A stretch of 64,000 bases of DNA, from NCBI RefSeq assembly GCF_018977255.1, contig NW_024704743.1:70620001-70684000 (forward strand). The letters run 5' to 3'. Below are positions 59,993 to 64,000 of the stretch, one piece after another (the first letter of the stretch is position 1; every line of letters starts with the position of its first letter). This DNA comes from Callorhinchus milii. Its lineage: Eukaryota. The position numbers and the translations under genes were made by a program. The notes under the pieces are model-generated. The model was not told the DNA's origin. It was given only the letters and a program-made list of their open reading frames with translations, and ran no database searches.

Positions 59993-60314
59993 AATAATAA
60001 TAATAATAATCCTTGCATTTGATATAGCGCTTTTCACGTCGGGAGGACGTCCTAAAGCGCTTCACAGAATATACTGTAAAGTGAATTGACTGTATATTTG
60101 TGGGCGAACGCGGCAGCCAATTGCGCACAACAATGTCCCACAAACAGTCATGGATTGAAAATGACCAATTTTGATTATTGTTTTTGTTTTTTGGAGGGAT
60201 TATTATTAAGCGTGTGGAGTAAGGAAACTTGCCCAAGGTTTCGCCCTGCCTGGAATTGAACTCAGGTCTCTCGCTTGCAAAGCGAGTGCTCTAACCACTG
60301 AGCTACAGGACTCC
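59993..60314 (-). mobile_element. Young tRNA-SINE, short variant, full length
   Basis: Reverse head at 60240-60314; tail stem-loop identical to the L2's. Confidence 0.95.
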
Positions 60315-62004
60315 ACCTGTAATATCAAAACATATTAAAGCACAGTAATAACTATCACATTTAGAAAGTCATTTTGCATAAAGCAAAGTCTCAGAAAAAT
60401 TAATGAGGTGAATAACCATTTGATTCGCCTTTAAAAACATTCTCTAAATTGGGTGGTAATTATTGTGATGTTGTGACGAGAAAAAGCTCTATACAAATAC
60501 AAGTTCTTTCTTTGTTCCTTCTAATGTGTAGACCAGGACACCAGGATAAACATCATTTTTTTTAAAACTATGCCAAGGAATCTTAAACAGCTTTATGTAA
60601 TATGATATAAAAAGATACCCCAAAGTGCATGAGTGATAGGAAAATAGCCTCATCAATAAAGTATTCCATTGGGAATAACCCTATGATTCCTGCATCTATA
60701 CCCATCATATGCAAAGGTCACCATAAGTAGAATTCATTCCAATTTCTGACATTCCCCATTGAGCCTTCTGTTCATGTAATAAAACACATTTAATTTGAAG
60801 ATGGAAGATGGGATTCATTTTTGTCAGCAAACGTCTGCATAATGAAATTATCACTCTGTCCTCATTTTCGCACATATTACATAATTACTGCGAGCCCACA
60901 CTGTGCAGGCACAGCTTTTACAAGAGAAAGGTTCCAATAGATAATTATTGTTACAGCTTTTGCTGAACAGCCCAAGTTCATGCTCCTGTGAAAAAGCACA
61001 TTGCTTGTGTCAGACAGTCACTTGTGTCACTGTTTATTATGTTGCCTGAACCTTTCCACCAGTCGTATTCTATCACCTTTATTATAACTACCAATACTTC
61101 AAATTACTCTGAATACACCTCTTTACCTTTTACCTATGTCAGTGCTAAACTGTTCATAAATGTTATGTCATTCTAATGTTGTCAAAATATACAATACTGT
61201 GCTGCCTCAGACACTGGGTGGCAGTAGAACTACAGGCTGAAAGGACTGTCTTCAACCAAAAGCTAAACACCTTCAAAGTCATTTGAAAATGTTAGAGATG
61301 ATGGCTTCCAAGTGCTTTTTTTTAGCTGTTCTGAAGACTTGTGTGTATAATGCTTTATTATTTAAAATACTTATGATAGAACGATATTCTAAAGTTATTT
61401 GCTGTTTAGATATCCTATCTAAATACAACACTCATTCACAAATGTTACTTAAGAATCAACCTAGAAAAATAGACTGGTCATCTGTGTTTTTCTGGTATAA
61501 ACAAGGAACTGTTCCGTGGCTAAAAAAATGTTAGGATAGACTACAAATGATTGAATGAGGATAAAAACAATGTCAGGAAGAGATGAAGAGTTAGAAATGT
61601 TGTACAGACACACTGAGGTTACTAACAAGTTGGTAATTTGCTTAGTTTTGCAGTTTACCAAAGTTACTGCAACTTCTAACAAATTATCAAGTAGGATTTA
61701 CCAGCTCTGCTGTTACTTCAATTGTAATATTAAACCAATGACTTTGGCGAGACAGATTCCATAGCAAAGTTTAATATTTTACCAATTTGTTTCACTGTTC
61801 CGTGTAATTTGTTTGTATGTATGATAGTCAAAAAAGCCCCCAAATTAGTCTATTAGATCATTGGATTCTCTCTTGGAAAATAATATGCTCCATTTGATAT
61901 TTACTTCTTGGTTCCCACTCTCGGCGTTTCACCCCATCTCAGGCAAGTGATCAGTGAGAGGGCAGGGAAAATAAATGTCTTAACGACTTATCTCTTACTC
62001 CATG

Positions 62005-62740
62005 GTTGCACACCAGGCCAGTCAGGAACATAGGTGTCTTGTTCTACCCTCAACTGTCTTTTCTCCCCCACATTCAAGCCATGACCTGCTCTGCCTTCCC
62101 TCACCTCCTAAACATCGTCCGACTCAGGCCGCTGAAACTCTTGTTCATGCCTTCATCACCTCCAGGCTCGACTATGCAAACACCCTGCTTGTCAGCCTTC
62201 CCAACTCCTCCCTCCACAGGCTGCAGATAATCCAGTACTCTGCAGCCCATGTCCTCTTCCGTACCAAACTCCATGACCCCATCTCCCCCACTCTCGTCTG
62301 ACTCCACTGGCTCCCTACCCAGTTCAAGATCCTGGTCCTCACATACAAAGCCCTCCATGACCTCACCCCACTCTACCTCTGCGACCTCCTAACCCCCTAC
62401 CAACCCACCCATTCCCTCCGTTCAGCCGGCTCTGGCTTGCTCCATGTTCCCCGACCCACCCACCCCACCATTGGCAGGGGAGCCTTCAGCCACTCTGCCC
62501 CCAATCTCTGGAATTCCATCCCCCAATCATTCCGCCTCGCCACCTCCTTAGCCTCCTTCAAGCCCTGTCTCAAAACCCTCCTCTTCAACCATGCCATCGG
62601 CCACCCCTCTTCCCCTCTCCTCCCTTCTCCCCCCTGATCCCAGCTCGGGTCTGAAATGCTGTACTCTGTCCAGTGCCTTCGGACGTCCTCCCGACGTGAA
62701 AGGCGCTATACAAATGTAATCTTGTTTTTGTTGTTGTTGT
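62005..62740 (+). mobile_element. L2, 5'-truncated
   Basis: AAETLVHAFITSRLDYANTLL...APNLWNSIPQSFRLATSLASFKPCLKTLLF, stem-loop and (TTG)n. Confidence 0.95.
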
Positions 62741-62919
62741 ATCTGAAAGACGGCACCGCAATCAGATGTCAGCCTACACAACAATCTCAAATCCTGACAT
62801 AGGATTTAAATTTACAACTTTCTTACTTACTGTGTAGGAAAGAAAATTCTTCCAATGTCTGTGGCTTTAGGATTTTAAGCCCTTGTCCTGTCATACAAAT
62901 TAAAAAGTCTGCTTGTTTC

Positions 62920-63470
62920 TAGAATCATAGAAATTTATCACAGAAATTTGCAGTGCAGAAGCAGGCTAGTGGGAATTAAATGAACAATTTGCTTTGAAGC
63001 AGTGCAAACTGAGCAAACTGTCCATTCAATCTCAGTACCTTTCCCTATCCCCATTGCTCTGCCCCAGTCAAATTCCCTCACGATGCAACGTAATACTTGA
63101 ATAGCTTTATTTGTAGTAACTTCACTTTGTCTGGAAAACTTCAGTGAATGATGAATAAGCATATCCAAATCCCCTCTGCTAATGGTCACTTAGTCATTAA
63201 TACAGATGTTAACCGNTTTTTTCTCCAATATGCCATAGGTTGTGTTTAACTGCGTTAAAATCCATCTGACACTTCCTCCCCATCTATTTTAATTGCTTCA
63301 GATTTTACTGAATGTTATTTATCCTCCTATTATTTACCTGATTGTGTAGCTTGGCTTTAGCAGCAGGTGTTAAAGTATCAAATGAAGTGCTATCCTCCAA
63401 GTTACTTATCAATAGTGTAAACATTGGCTGTAGGATAAATACCACCATTTTATCTTGATTTGTGGACGAT
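62920..63470 (-). mobile_element. Old, internally deleted CR1
   Basis: ATCATAGAA tail; minus RGDLDMLIHHSLKFSRQ...KAIQVLRCI. Confidence 0.7.
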
Positions 63471-64000
63471 TCTTCATTTCAACCTTAATTTTGGAAGCTG
63501 AATATTTTTAAGATCTGCAGAAAGATGACTACCAATTCAAGACTGCATTTGAATATTTTTTCGTAATTCAGCACAATCTTAAATTGTAAAGCGAAAATTG
63601 CCTTGTAGGCTAAAAGTAGGTGGGATTTCAGAATTCAGACTTCAGGGTATCCACAACAGACCATGGTAGAACTCTGCTTGGAACACTGTACCACTGTACA
63701 CGTCCCCATATCCAATTGTTGTTGTATTCCTTCTTATTATCTTATTCCCAAAGGTAGTCTACAATCCAACCAGCTATTTTGCCATTAGGTCTGTGAATTT
63801 TAACCATCTTCATACTGTATCACATCATGAAAAAACATATTAGAGACTTTGAACTCACAGCCTGGGCTGATACTGCAATCAAGAGGTGCCATTCATTTGC
63901 CATTATCTGGGAAGCTTCCTGTTGCTTGTTCAGCTTGGCCCTCCCAAGCTGTTAGTACTTTGGTTTGCAGGGTTAACGGGAACTGAGTGGGAAATTTCTG

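Overview
This is AT-rich, repeat-dense vertebrate genomic DNA with no recognisable intact host protein-coding gene, so it is most likely a large intron or intergenic region. The repeat complement points to a cartilaginous fish, probably a chimaera such as the elephant shark; this is inferred from the repeats, not proven. That complement is 5'-truncated L2 LINEs with (TTG)n tails, CR1 LINE fragments, an old Deu-domain tRNA-SINE, a young tRNA-SINE starting GGAGTCCTGTAGCTCAG and a Penelope-type palindrome. Every ORF with a recognisable product in the supplied track is a retroelement fragment. The most notable items are: (1) a decayed non-LTR reverse transcriptase that is neither L2 nor CR1 (RTE/RTEX-like; 11414-12490, probably interrupted by an L2); (2) an unclassified modular repeat with internal inverted copies, seen at four loci; (3) an AT-rich fold-back family at about seven loci; (4) a pogo/Tigger element keeping a CENP-B-type HTH remnant; (5) a CR1 whose RT domain is deleted in frame; (6) two closely spaced inverted SINE pairs; (7) a strong 96-nt candidate exon at 9096-9191. 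Repeat boundaries were read by eye and are approximate (about +/-20 bp unless termini are quoted). Family names come from recalled consensus motifs, not database searches.
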